From contig CM052838.1 in assembly GCA_028534125.1 (NCBI GenBank), positions 57,908,150 through 57,972,000 of the forward strand: a DNA stretch of 63,851 nucleotides. The letters are read 5' to 3'. Under the pieces are notes generated by a model. It saw nothing but the letters and a program-made list of their open reading frames with translations. It was not told where the DNA came from and ran no database searches. Of this stretch, positions 35,590-47,862 are shown piece after piece. The position numbers were made by a program, and so were the translations under genes. Position 1 is the stretch's first letter, and every line of letters begins with the position of its first letter. This stretch comes from Lama glama (taxonomy: Eukaryota).

Positions 35590-38500
35590 TTAAGCAGATC
35601 TCTGCAGGAGAGAAGGTGGGTACCATACCAAAACTGTCTGTCTAGAGGCATCAGAGAACTTGGCAAAGGCATCCAGGACTCGAGAAGGGGCGACTCAGAG
35701 GGAAGGGAAGTTCATTCAGGTGAGCCCAAATTTCTGCTCACCTCTTTTCTCCTTGGAGCATTTGCCAGCATTTGGCTTGAAGTAAGAATCTGAGAAGCAA
35801 AGAGAAAGAGGCTGCTGAGACGTAGAGAAGCCAGCAGAATTTAGGCAATCCCACAAGCTAGGGAGACAGAACTTGGAGCTCAGGGTTGCCAAGGCAGCCA
35901 GAGTTTGAGGGGCATGACCCCACAGAAAAGCAAAGTACAGAGGACTGAGCCCAACTCGCAGTGATTCCTCCTAGAAGCATTTTTTCAATAAGTTGCACAG
36001 AAAGAGAAGCTAAGAAGCCAAGCAGGAAGGGGTTTAAGAGCAGAACAGACTTTGCGGCTGTCTCAAAGTGATCAAAAGACAAAAAAAAAAAAAAAAGAGT
36101 GAATGGAAATTCTAGAAAAACAGAATAACCAAAACTAAGAACTCTATAGAGCACTTTAACAAAAGAGTAGACACAGCTGAAGAGAGAAATGGAGTATTGA
36201 GAAACACAACAGAAAATAGCCAAGACTGAAGACTGGAGAGTTGTGAAGTACAGAAAATAGTATGAAAGGCATATAGGGCATGATGAAAAGGTCTAAAATA
36301 TATGTAATTAGTGTCCCAGAAGGGGAGAAGTAAGGGAATGGGGCAGAAGCAATATCTGAAAAGATAATGTATCTATGTGTGGGTGGGGAGGGCTATGTGT
36401 GAACTCTGTATTTTCTGCTCAATTCTGCTGTGAACCTGAAACTGCTCTAAAAAATAAAGTCTATTAATTAAAAAAAATACAAGTTAAAGGCCAAGATCAA
36501 TGAGAAAAGATCTTCTGAAAGTAACAGATAAACTATCTGAGAATTTTCTGAAACTGAAAAATAGCATCGAGCCACAGTTTTGAGAAATGCAGTGAACCCA
36601 AGTAGGGTAGATACAAAGAAAAATCACATCTAGGCACATTACAATAAAACAGCTGAAACCAAAGACAAACAGAAAATCTTAAAGCAAATGGGGAGAAGAA
36701 AAAAAGATACATTATCTTTTTCGCTACATGTACCCAATGATTCAGGACTTTTATTTCCAGCTATGTACTCAAAAGACGTGCACTATGTCCTCCAAAGATT
36801 TAAGCCAGAATAATGAAGGTAGCACTCTTTACAACAGCCAATACTGCAAATAAACCAAATGACCCAATGATCAGATAAAATATGGTAATGTCATACAATG
36901 GAATATTATACAGCAGCAATAATTTAAAAAACCCCACTGCTGTACACACAACATAGATGAAACTCCGAGACACGATGTTAGGCAAAAGAAAGGAGAAACA
37001 AGAGTACCTGATATGATTCCATTTATATTAAAATTTTTAAATAGGTAAAACTAATCTGACTTACTAATCTAGAGGTCAGAGTAGTGGTTACCTCCGGGCA
37101 AGCAGTTACTGACTTGGAATGGCAGAAAAAGATTACCGGGGTGCTGTAAATGTTTTACATCTTGATCTTGGTGGTGGTTACACAGGTGTGTACATATATA
37201 AAAATGAATTAAGCTGTAAACTTAAGATCTGTGCTCTCTACTGTATGTCACTGACACCTCAATAAAGATTCAAAAATTGAAAGCAAAATAAAGACATTTC
37301 TAGAATAACAAAAATTAAGAGAATTAATCACTCACAGACCTGTATTACAGGAAATACTAAAGGGAATTGTTTTGTTTTGTTTTTACACAGAAGAAAAATG
37401 ATCCCAGATGGAAACCCAGCAATGTAAGAAGAAATGAAGAGAAATGGAAAGGGTCACTTGTGTAATGTGAGTAAACCTAAGTAAATATACAAACCTATAA
37501 AAAAATTTTATATATATATATAAATAAACTCATAAAAATATAAAGATTGGGTAGTAACATGTATGACAATAGTAAAAAGGAGGGAAGGGGATAAATTAAG
37601 TGTATAAATGTCCTACAAACTTCCATTAAAAGATATATATCTTTTTTAATATAATATATTTTATATATATATATATATATATAATATCTTACATATAAAA
37701 AATATCTTCTGTGTCCTCAAATATAAGTATAAATACAGGGAAACAGAAATAGTAAATGTTGGAAAAAATATACTATGCAAAAGTCAGCCAGTGAAAGTAG
37801 ATACATACTAACATTAGGTAAGATGGACTTTAAGGCAAGTAACATTATTAAAGTAACATTATTAAAATTATTAAATTTCACAATGATAAAGTATCAATCT
37901 AAAAGGAAGAAATAATAATTATAAATCTGTATGGATCTAACAATATATTTTCAAATATAGAAAGCAAAAATCAGCAGACCTAAAGGGAGAAATATTCAAA
38001 TCCATAATCATTGTAGAATCTGATAGAGATTATAATTGAGACTTTATCACATCTTTCTCAGTGTTGAGCGTAGGGGAGTATCTATGTGTGGGTGGGGAGG
38101 GCTATGTGTGAACTCTGTATTTTCTGCTCAATTCTGCTGTGAACCTGAAACTGCTCTAAAAAATAAAGTCTATTAATTAAAAAAAATACAAGTTAAAGGC
38201 CAAGATCAATGAGAAAAGATCTTCTGAAAGTAACAGATAAACTATCAGTATAGCATAGGAGATCTTAACAAAATAATGAACTAATTTGACTATAGTTAGA
38301 TATAGATACAGATATAAATATCAATATAGAGAACACCTATTTATTAATTAACGTATATGGACTAACCCCCCAAATGGAATACTTCACTGCAATGAAAAGC
38401 TACTGCTATATACAAGTGCAGAAATAAATCTCACCATCAGAATGAAGTCATACACAAAAGAACATACATTGTATGAATCCCATCGCAGAAAGCTCAAAAT

Positions 38501-38730
38501 CAAGCAAAATTAATTGGTGGTGCTGGCAATCAGGCTAGTTGGTTTTTGGAGGGTCTGCCGACCACGAGGCAAGAAGGAGGTCTTCTGGAGGGGTGGGGGG
38601 GTTGGTAACATTCTATTTCTTGATCTGGGTACGAGTTACAGCTGTCTCCACTTTGTGTAAGTTGATCAAACTATGTACTTATGACTTACTTTTTTTTATA
38701 TATGTTCCACTTCAATAAAAATATACTTGG
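35590..38730 (+). mobile_element. Cluster of ancient L1 fragments (5' region, ORF1, ORF2 endonuclease region) with nested L1ME-like 3' ends
   Basis: ORF1-like 'gtcccagaaggggagaag...gcagaagcaatatctgaaaagataat' and 'cacatctaggcacattacaataaaacagctgaaaccaaagac'. EN-like 'taacaatatattttcaaatatagaaagcaaaaa'. 3' ends near 37266 and 38720. All frames are broken. Confidence 0.75.
36369..36537 (+). repeat. 169-bp copy identical to 38078-38246
   Basis: Base-by-base identical; interrupts the L1 ORF1 remnant. Confidence 0.93.
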
Positions 38731-39077
38731 AAATGCTCAAACATAAAGAAAGTAGCCATCATTCTATGAAATAACAATACTTTAATCTGTGCTGACAATT
38801 GATATGCATCATAATTTCTCAAATATTTGCAAACCAGCTTTAGAGAGAGGATGGATGATTTTGATTCCTTTATATTATAATATATATAATATATACATTA
38901 TAGCCCATAACAAGAGTGAAATAATTTAGATTTTTTAATTTTAAAATTATGGTTTTAAAGTTTACAATGAGACTCAGCCTAATGAATTTTGAAGTATTTG
39001 TCTGAAGTCTCAAGATACCTGTTTTAAAGAGTGCTTCACGGACAGAAGAAATTCAATTCAAAAATTAATTATCTTGG

Positions 39078-39313
39078 AATGTACAACAGCAAAAGTGAAC
39101 CCTAATGTAAACTATGGACTTTGGTTGATAATAATGTGTCCATGTTGGTTCATCGATTGTACCAAATATGCCACACTGATGAGGAATGTTGAGAGTAAGG
39201 GAGTATATATGTGTGGGTGGTGAGGGCTATGGGTGAACTCTGTATTTTCCACTCAATTCTGCTGTGAACCTGAAACTGCTCTAAAAAAATAAAGTCTATT
39301 AATTAAAAAAAAA
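39078..39313 (+). mobile_element. L1MC-type 3' end (source of the locally copied segment)
   Basis: 'gtgaaccctaatgtaaactatggactttgg...gctgtgaacctgaaactgctctaaaaaaataaagtctatt'. Confidence 0.85.
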
Positions 39314-40159
39314 TATAGGTTAAGGGCCAAGATCAATTAGAAAAGATCTTCTGAAAGTAACACCTAATCCACGGATTTCCCTGACAACACATGCAAAGCT
39401 GAGTTTGTCCATCAAGGGAATTAAATGATTATCTATCCATAAACGAGAGCCTGCAATGGAGTTGTTTAAAAAAAGTAAATAAATACAGTAGGTGCATGAG
39501 TGTGACAGGGACAATGTTCAATTGTTAGAAAAACAAAGCAAGTCACAAAACAGTATGTTAAGTATGACTTTGTTTTTGTAAAAATAAATTTTAAAAATAA
39601 ATAAAAAATAAATTTAAAAAGCCACACACATGATAAATATATAGTTACATGTCAGTATGAGAAAGAGAAATATATGGGATTATGAGGGAAGCTCATTTAC
39701 TAAGTAAAATATTTCTACAGTGTTTGAAATTTGTAGAGTCTTTACTGATTCAGAAATGAGAATAAAGCAGTAAAATGTTAAAAGACAAAAATAAACAAAT
39801 AAAACTACAGGAAAAAAAATCTAATTATCTTGGGGCATTTGAAGTTTTAATTTACAACAAATTGTTTATCCTCCAAGAGTATTTTCGGTAAAAAAAAAAA
39901 AAAAAATCACCAGAAGAGAGAAACAGTTAACCCAAAGACTTGAATAACTAATTGGGGATTTGTAGCCTGAAGGTAAGGGGTGGAAGTCCCATTTGAGGTG
40001 AAGGTCTGGCCCATGCAAACCATATACACATACACGTCTATGTCATGTGAAAATGGGAATACACTCACATCATCATTACGTTTTTCTAACATTCAAGGAA
40101 CTTCTTCATCCAACTCCCCCCCATACATACCCCTGCCAAAATGGTCACACCCACCACAG

Positions 40160-40420
40160 ATCAGCATAGCGTAGTGATTTAAAGACATGAACTCTGAAAC
40201 CAGATTGCGTGGGTTCCAACCCCAGCACCTCCACTTATAAAGAGGGACATTACACAAGCTACTTCACTTCCCTGGGCCCCAGTTTCATCATGTGTAAAAT
40301 GAGACTAATCTTAGTATTTATCCCAAAGGGTTGCTGTGCCAATTAAAGGAATTTAACCTATAAAGGACTTAGATCAGTGCTTGACCCATGAAAAGCTCTC
40401 ACTAAGTGTGAACTACTCCA
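40160..40420 (+). mobile_element. MIR SINE
   Basis: 'cagcatagcgtagtgatttaaag...cagtttcatcatgtgtaaaatgag'. Confidence 0.75.
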
Positions 40421-41668
40421 TCACTATTAAACCTATATCTAGACTAGGAACAATAGGTTTGTCCAAGACATCATCCGGAATGACCTACCAACCAGTTCTG
40501 CACCATCAGAATGGTCACTGGTGCTCAGAGTGGTGAGTATAAAACATTATAATAGACTTACATAATTTCTGAGTTAAAAATGAAATTCTATTCAGCACAG
40601 CTTTAATGTCCCATGAATTTTATGGGGTGCAAGCCTGATCATTCAGAATCTATACTGGGTACATATGGTAATTCAGTTAACCAGACCCCTTAATTCAACA
40701 GAACACCAGCCACCAATGGTAGCGGTTATCAGAGAGTTAATGGTGAGGGAACGCTAGTCTCATTATCTGACACTGTGATGATAAATGCACCATTCAGGAG
40801 TCACAACATGGATTATTTAAAATACTCTCATTAGGGAACAAAAGAAGTTCTAGATTGCTAGCGAGAGTACTGGAAATACGTCATGTCATTCCCGCGACCA
40901 CAGCCACCGTATTATCACATGCTAACCACATTAATTAAAACTCGACTCTCAACTAACATGCTGCTTTTCACCACAAGCTCCACCTTTCACTAATGCTTCA
41001 AAACATATGTCTTCTCTTGTAAAACATTATCTGTTGCCAACAACTTACTCCATTTCCTTTATAATGCTTTAAAAAATATATTTTCTTCTGCTTTAAGCTA
41101 CTCATCACACTTCCCGTAACAGTTTACAATAATTCATCCTTGTCGTTAACACTGCTGTATCTTAGAAGTGTTAACTACCTGGTCTCCTCTCATTATGTTG
41201 AACTAGCAAATGATTAAATCCTAGAAATGGCCAGTTTTTCAGAGATTAAGTTGAACCATCTGAATTCAGTTGTTTTACACATATGGGTCCACTGACCATG
41301 TAAATCTCAGGCTACACTTTGTGAGCTTGGAAGGTAACTGTCTTTTCCTAATTCAGAACTATTTTTATATATTTTACAGGCAAGCAAAATCTCCTCCTCA
41401 TATTTTATAGTTGTAAATTGCTCCATTTAATAAAGATATATAGTTACTTTAATAATCATAGTCTAAAAATACAAGTTTTTGAGTTTAATACAGTCTGTAC
41501 ATTAATGCAGTCTGTCTCTATGCGTTGCTATATTAATGTTTTATTAAGCAGATAGTTCAAAGTAAAAGAGAGAAATGTGGGACCATTAACTAAAAGATTT
41601 AATTAAACTGACATAAAAAACCCTATTGTTGCCATTTCCATTTTATAGATTAAGAAACTCAGACATTG

Positions 41669-42070
41669 CAGAAAGAGAAAGAAAAATACCATATGATATC
41701 ACTTACATGTGGAATCCAAAAAAAAAAAAAGACAGGAATGAACTTATTTATAAAACAGAAACAGACTCACAAACATAGAAAACAAACTTATGGCTATCAG
41801 TGGGGTAAGGGGGTGGGAAGGGATAAATTGGGAGTTTGAGATTTGCAGATACTAACTACTCTACATAAAATAGATAAACAACAAGTTTATACTGTATAGC
41901 ACAGGGAACTGTATTCAATATCTTGTGGTAACTTATAATGAAAAAGAATATGAAGAGGAATATATATATATATATGTAGGTCTGAAACATTATGCTGTAC
42001 ACCAGAAATTGACACAACATTGTAAACTGACAATACTTCAGTTAAAAAATTAATTTAAAAAAAAAAAAGA
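41669..42070 (+). mobile_element. 5'-truncated camelid-type L1 inserted in a MIR
   Basis: L1 3' UTR with A tail; 17-bp TSD AAGAAACTCAG(A/G)CATTG at 41652-41668 and 42071-42087. Confidence 0.9.
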
Positions 42071-43624
42071 AAGAAACTCAGGCATTGAGGATAAGATACA
42101 GTGCCAAGGACTGAGAGTTAAGATTTTAACTCAGGCAGTTTTACCTCAAAGCTCACATTCTTAACCAATATGCTCTGCCGGACAAATAAGCATACATAAA
42201 ATAATTACAAATCGTAGTAAGGGCTATCAAGAAAAAAATAAGGTGAATAGGGTTAAGATGTAATAGTTACTATTGCTATGGCTGTCTATTGGATCACTGG
42301 GTAGAAAATCTACTCTAGAAGGGTTGGTCAAGAAAGGCATTTGTAACCTGAAAGATGGGACAGGTGCAGCTATGTAATGAGCAAGAGGAAAAACATTCCA
42401 AGGGAGAGCAACATATGCAAAGGCCCTGAGGTCAGCGTGACTACAGCCAAAAAGGCATGGAGTGGTATAAGATCTGGTTGGAGAAGCAGGGCAAAGCCAT
42501 ATATGCCTCAAAGGCCTTGTTAAGGAGGAGTCTATCTCGTGTATCCCCAGCTCCTGGCAATGATGCCTGGCACATAGTGGGTGCTTGGTCAAAGATGGAT
42601 GAATCCTTAACTTGAACTACAATTAAACTTGTTTAAAGGCTGAATCATTTATGGTGGGTGTTGGGGACTAGGCAGGACGACCAGATCTATTTAAAGCCAG
42701 ACAGCCAGTTGGCTTTGATTAGCCCACACATCTGCAAGGAGCCATCCTCATGTGAACCGAGATCAACGCTGACAGCCAGTCGCACACACAACATCTGGTT
42801 TACTTCCAGCTCAGAACAGGAACTTTCCATTGCCGCTGGTCACTAGACTCCTTCCAGTCGCCAAAGGACCTCAGCAAACCAGGCATGCTAATTGGATCAA
42901 GTCGGAAATCAAGGTTCCAATTAGATCAGGCTGCTCTTCTTTATGACAGCCGCACAATGTCTACGAGGTGGATTTAGCCCAAGGCCAGCACTCAGGGGAC
43001 AAGATTTCCCTATTTTGCCTCAGCTAATCCTGGGTCCAGTTGGATTTTCATTCAGATATGTTAGAGGGTTGCTATGCCAAAGCTTCCTAGGCCTAATGAT
43101 ATAATTCATGGTATTCACCCCGCCTCTCCCCTAAACAAAACCAATCTACCTGGGCCCTTTAAATACTCCCTGCTGATAGTGACCGACAGCCAGACTTTGG
43201 CCAAATCATCCTTGACCTTGAATAAGCCAGCCCTGTTGCTCTTGAGGCCTTCATCACAGTTCTGTGACTTTCTTTTGGATCTTTTCTCCCCTCTCGGTGG
43301 GCTTTTTCAAAGTGCCTGAAACATTCCAGAACTGGATGAACAAGTGTTTTGTCCCCAGGGTAGCCTGGCACAATCCAACCCTTGCCCAGACTGGCCCAAA
43401 CTCTTTCCAAACACACCTCACTCTCACCCCTCATCAACATCTCGCTGTAATGCATTGATGGCAACTTTGGGGTTCCCCAAACAGCTCTTCGGGAGCAACC
43501 CAACACCTTTCGGTGCCCTGTTCTCTCCTTGTTGCCAGAACAGAGGGAGAGGGAGTTTCAAGGCTGTTGTCCTGATTTATGAGACTTGTCTCTGAATCTG
43601 ATTGTTAACTGCTGTCGTACTTAC

Positions 43625-44060
43625 ATAGTAAAAACAAACTCAAATAAACGATCACGGAGCACATGGAAGATCTTCACAGACACCCTTCCCTGCTGCCCCA
43701 GAGGGGTTGTTGAAAGGGCTCGCAGTGCTGGGGGTGCTCCAGGGGTGATGTCGGGCCCACTCCGCAGGGTAGAAAGCATCCTGGTCACAGGCTGTTTGAA
43801 CCAAAACGGATCTTGAAAGGGGCCTGGCCCTCCTCAGCAAAGGGGGTTCAGAGCGATCCACTCAATCCATTTAAGTGCGTTCTGGGGTTATTATTTTTTG
43901 TTATTCCGTTAGCAACCTGGTTGCTCACTCTCTCATTCAGCTCTTGATTTCCTCCAATTGCCTCATATTTTGTTCACAGGACTGAGCTGTTGAAAGATTT
44001 GTGGAGCAATTTCTATGTTATTTTAAACTGGTTCGGCGGGAAAAATCCTTTACTGTGCCT
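43625..44060 (-). promoter_or_regulatory. Candidate alternative promoter / first exon
   Basis: Non-repetitive, locally CpG-enriched stretch ending in CTAT|GTAAGT (43625/43624). GRHL-like AACTGGTT near 44026. The upstream boundary is a guess. Confidence 0.35.
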
Positions 44061-46670
44061 TTCGTGTTCTCAGGAATTAGGTAAATGGGGCTCAGAAGCA
44101 GACGTTAGCACCAAAAACAAAAAAGAAAGAAAGAAATTTTAGAGCACCTTTAAAAATGCAATTCTGACATAATTGATTGCTTTGATTAACCCAGCACAGT
44201 TTTATCGGCTCTGCCAGGTCTCTCCTTCGATCAAGGGAGGGAAAGAAAGCACCGCGCATGTTGCAGCTTCTGTACTGATTTCCATAACCGATGTCAGAGA
44301 GTCGCATTTCACCCCTCAGTACCTCAACTCCTACTTTTTAAAGTACGGACCGTTGGCTTCTTTGTGTTAAAAGAACGTTGCCCTCTTTACTGCAGTGAAG
44401 GAACTTCCTGGTCCCCTAAAAACCCGTAATGACTTAATAGTGTTTAAAACACACCCTAGTGAGTCTTTAATTATATCAAGCTACTGTAGTAGTGAAATTA
44501 ACTAAATTGCAACTCCTGCAGGAGTGACCTAGGTGACAAGTGGGGTGGGTTTCAAACATCTGGCCAGCTTTCCCAGCAATTTAGGATGGATGGAGGTTTA
44601 TTAATATAAAACAGCTGAGTGGTAGGGGACTTGATTTTTATATTTATTTTGTGTCCTAAATGTATAACCACGCCTGATCCCTTCTCGGCATGATTACCTA
44701 AGTCAGGATTTTTTTTTTTTCTCGGTAAACCTCAGATTTGCACATAAAATTTATTTGGCCTCCTTTAACGATTTATGTACATAGGGCTTTAACCAGCTAA
44801 TAAGCCCCATGCTGGTGCAATTAGTAACCAATTCTAAGGCTCCGTTCTAAAAAAATGTGAGAAGACGATTTTTAATTTAGGTTTCTCCCCTTGGTGTGTT
44901 TCTATAAATGACAGAAACACCAAAAGAAAGAAGCATTAAGTTATTAAGAATTTATTTTTAAATCATGCTGGGTATTTGAATATGAAAATATAACTAAGCA
45001 TAGAAGAGTTTTTTTTTATCAAGTAAGATCATATGTGGGATGCAGTACAGCATAAACTGCTTGGAATAGAATACATTTAAAAAACATGGAATATATCAAG
45101 CCAAGAAATCATAAAGTATAGAATTACCTAGGTTGTTTGGATTTTAAAAAAAGATCCAAAGATTGTAAGTATAGTGATATTTGGGGCATTGTTTTTTCCT
45201 CCAAATCTTGTCAGAGAGAGAGTTCTCATTGACTTTAATACCCAAAAGCCAAATTGCTCATGCAATGGCATTTCATTTAAAATACGTCCTATCAATCACT
45301 CACATAAACATGTCTGCAACCTATAACTTCATGTATCAAATGAAGAGAATGGGGTAGGAAAGCTGACGTCCATCACAGGGAAACTTGTAGCATCCAATGA
45401 AGCACAGACATTTCAATTCCCTTAAGATGACTGCAGTCAAACTCCTCTGCGTGGCTGCACGAAAGCCAAACAGCAGAAGCAAGTGTGAACTGGTTGAGTT
45501 TACGTTACACGTTGCTATCCATGTAGGGTGTGGTCCAAATACTTCCACTCTCACCAACACATCAACAGAACGTTTTGTCTGGATCTTTGTATGTGAAATA
45601 AACAGAGCCATTAAAGTACTTAATTACTGAGATAATCTGAGGGTTTCTTTTTTAATCCATTTGCCTCAATTATTTGGCTACCCCAAGAAAATTTAGGTGG
45701 AATTACCGGAAAATTATTTCCATATTTTATTCCCTTTGTGCCCAAGTGCTGTTTGCAGGAGCTTGAAGAGGCAGGAATGCGCAGGCCCCAGGAACGCCCC
45801 TGGCTGGTTCTCTTATCTTGAATTTATTTTCTTAAGGACTCTAACAAGAGTAGCAAGTGTGAACATCTGTCTCAACATATAGTCACAGGCTTTATTTTCA
45901 CTGGGAAACATTTGCCTTCCAAATCCTAATGGGTTGAATTCACTCTTACTTATTTTCTGTCGGCCCCTCACATCACACCACAAAGAGACAGAGCATTTTC
46001 TGAGCTTGGGGACATGAAGGAACCCGTTAGCTTATTTTGATAACGTGACTGTGAGTGATGCTGTCCACGCTGGCTCCGGGCAAAGGACCCCAAGGTAGAA
46101 GATGACCATCATACTAAAGGATGGCTCTGCACCACTGCTCAAGAGTGGACAGCAGCCACCACCCCTCAGGGTGAGAAGTTGCTCAGGAGAGTTGAGGAGA
46201 ATGGTCTCTGTGTGCATTCTCTCTGGAGGTCGCCCAGCCACATAGTGCCTGGACCAGTGGTCAGTTTTCCTAAGTTCACTGACAGCAGTACAGGCTGAAA
46301 TTATCACTGTAGGTAATAAACAATGCCAGTGGCTTTTTTTCTTTTCTAACAGAATTGAGATGCAATCAACAAACAGATACTTTTTGCTCACTCAAACCTT
46401 TAACAGGGCTCACCACACACCAGACAGGGTGGCAGGCACCCGGACAGCGATGCTCAGGCTGCGGTGTGAAGAATCACCATGAAGCCTTGTTAGCAGGGCA
46501 GAGTGCCCGGGCTCAGAAATCAGGATCAGCTGGGTGAGGCTCCAGGTGATTCTCAGATAGGTGGTCCCAGACCACACATTGATATATACGAGGCTTCAGA
46601 GATGAAAGATGAATTTGCTTTTATTTGTTTACGTCTGTCTCTCTCCTCTAGACAGTAAGATCCTCTCAAC

Positions 46671-46875
46671 CAGGAGGGCAATTTTCTTTTTTTCTGTAAA
46701 GGGCCAGATAGTAAATATTTCAGGTTTTGAGGGCCAAGAGGCCACATGCTCAGCCACTGTGGTGTGAAAGCAGCCACAAACAACACATAAATGAATGAGC
46801 CCGGCAGTGTGCACGGTCCCGACAGAACAGGAGGCAGGCTGGATGTGGGCTAGGACCATGGTTTGCCCATCCCTG
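46671..46875 (+). mobile_element. MER58A MITE
   Basis: 'ctgtaaagggccagatagtaaatatttcagg...gtttgcccatccctg'. Confidence 0.8.
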
Positions 46876-47132
46876 CTCCAGTGCAGGGCCTTGATCTCAT
46901 AGATCTCAGGACCTGCACCCATCTTAGTGCTTCACAGGTGGGCCATGACTGAGAAATGCTTACTGAGTGAGCGAGTGGATGGCCACAGTTCTTGCCTCAA
47001 GGATACACGTGCTGGTAGGGAAGACAGTGGGCAAAGTGATAAGTCACCACTGTGTGAGAGGGGCTCTAGGAGATCTGTGTGCAACGTTCTAGGGGACATG
47101 GAGGTGGAAGGAACATAAGAAGTTGGGGTGCC

Positions 47133-47702
47133 CCCCAATGTTCATAGNNNNNNNNNNNNNNNNNNNNNNNNNNNNNNNNNNNNNNNNNNNNNNNNNNNNN
47201 NNNNNNNNNNNNNNNNNNNNNNNNNNNNNNNNNNNNNNNNNNNNNNNNNNNNNNNNNNNNNNNNNNNNNNNNNNNNNNNNNNNATGGATGGACCTAGATA
47301 GCATCATTCTAGTAAAGTAAGCCAGAAAGAGAAAGAAAAATACCATGATATCACTCATACGTGGAATCTAAAAAAAAAAAAAAAAGGACACTATGAACTC
47401 ATCTACAAAACAGAAACAGACTCATGGACATAGTAAACAATCTTATGGTTACCAGGGAAAGGGGGTGGAAAGGGATAAATTTGGGAGTTTGAGATTTACA
47501 AATGTTACCCACTAAATATAAAAATAGATTTAAAAAAAAGTTTCTGCTGTACAGCACAGGGAACTATGTTCAATATCTTGGAATAACCTTTAACGAAAAA
47601 AAGTGAAAACGAATATATGTATGTATACATACAACTGGGACACTGTGTTGTACACAAGAAATTGACATATTGTAACTGATGGTACTTCAATTGAAAAAAA
47701 AA
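47133..47702 (+). mobile_element. 5'-truncated L1 (ORF2 C-terminus and 3' UTR)
   Basis: 'cccaatgttcatag' [gap] 'atggatggacctag...' through to an A tail. Confidence 0.88.
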
Positions 47703-47703
47703 G

Positions 47704-47862
47704 TCAGGCTGCCAGATATCGCAGATGGAAACACAGGCCATGCAGTTCGTTTTGAATTTCAGACAAACAATGACTAAATTATTGGGGGGCATATGCTGAA
47801 AAATTATGGGTTGTTTATCTGAAATTTGAATTCAACTGGCCCTCCGATATTTCATCTGACAA
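47704..47862. mobile_element. MER53-like palindromic hAT MITE
   Basis: Inverted arms 'gaatttcagacaaacaa' / 'ttgtttatctgaaattt'; starts 'caggctgccagat'. Confidence 0.75.
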
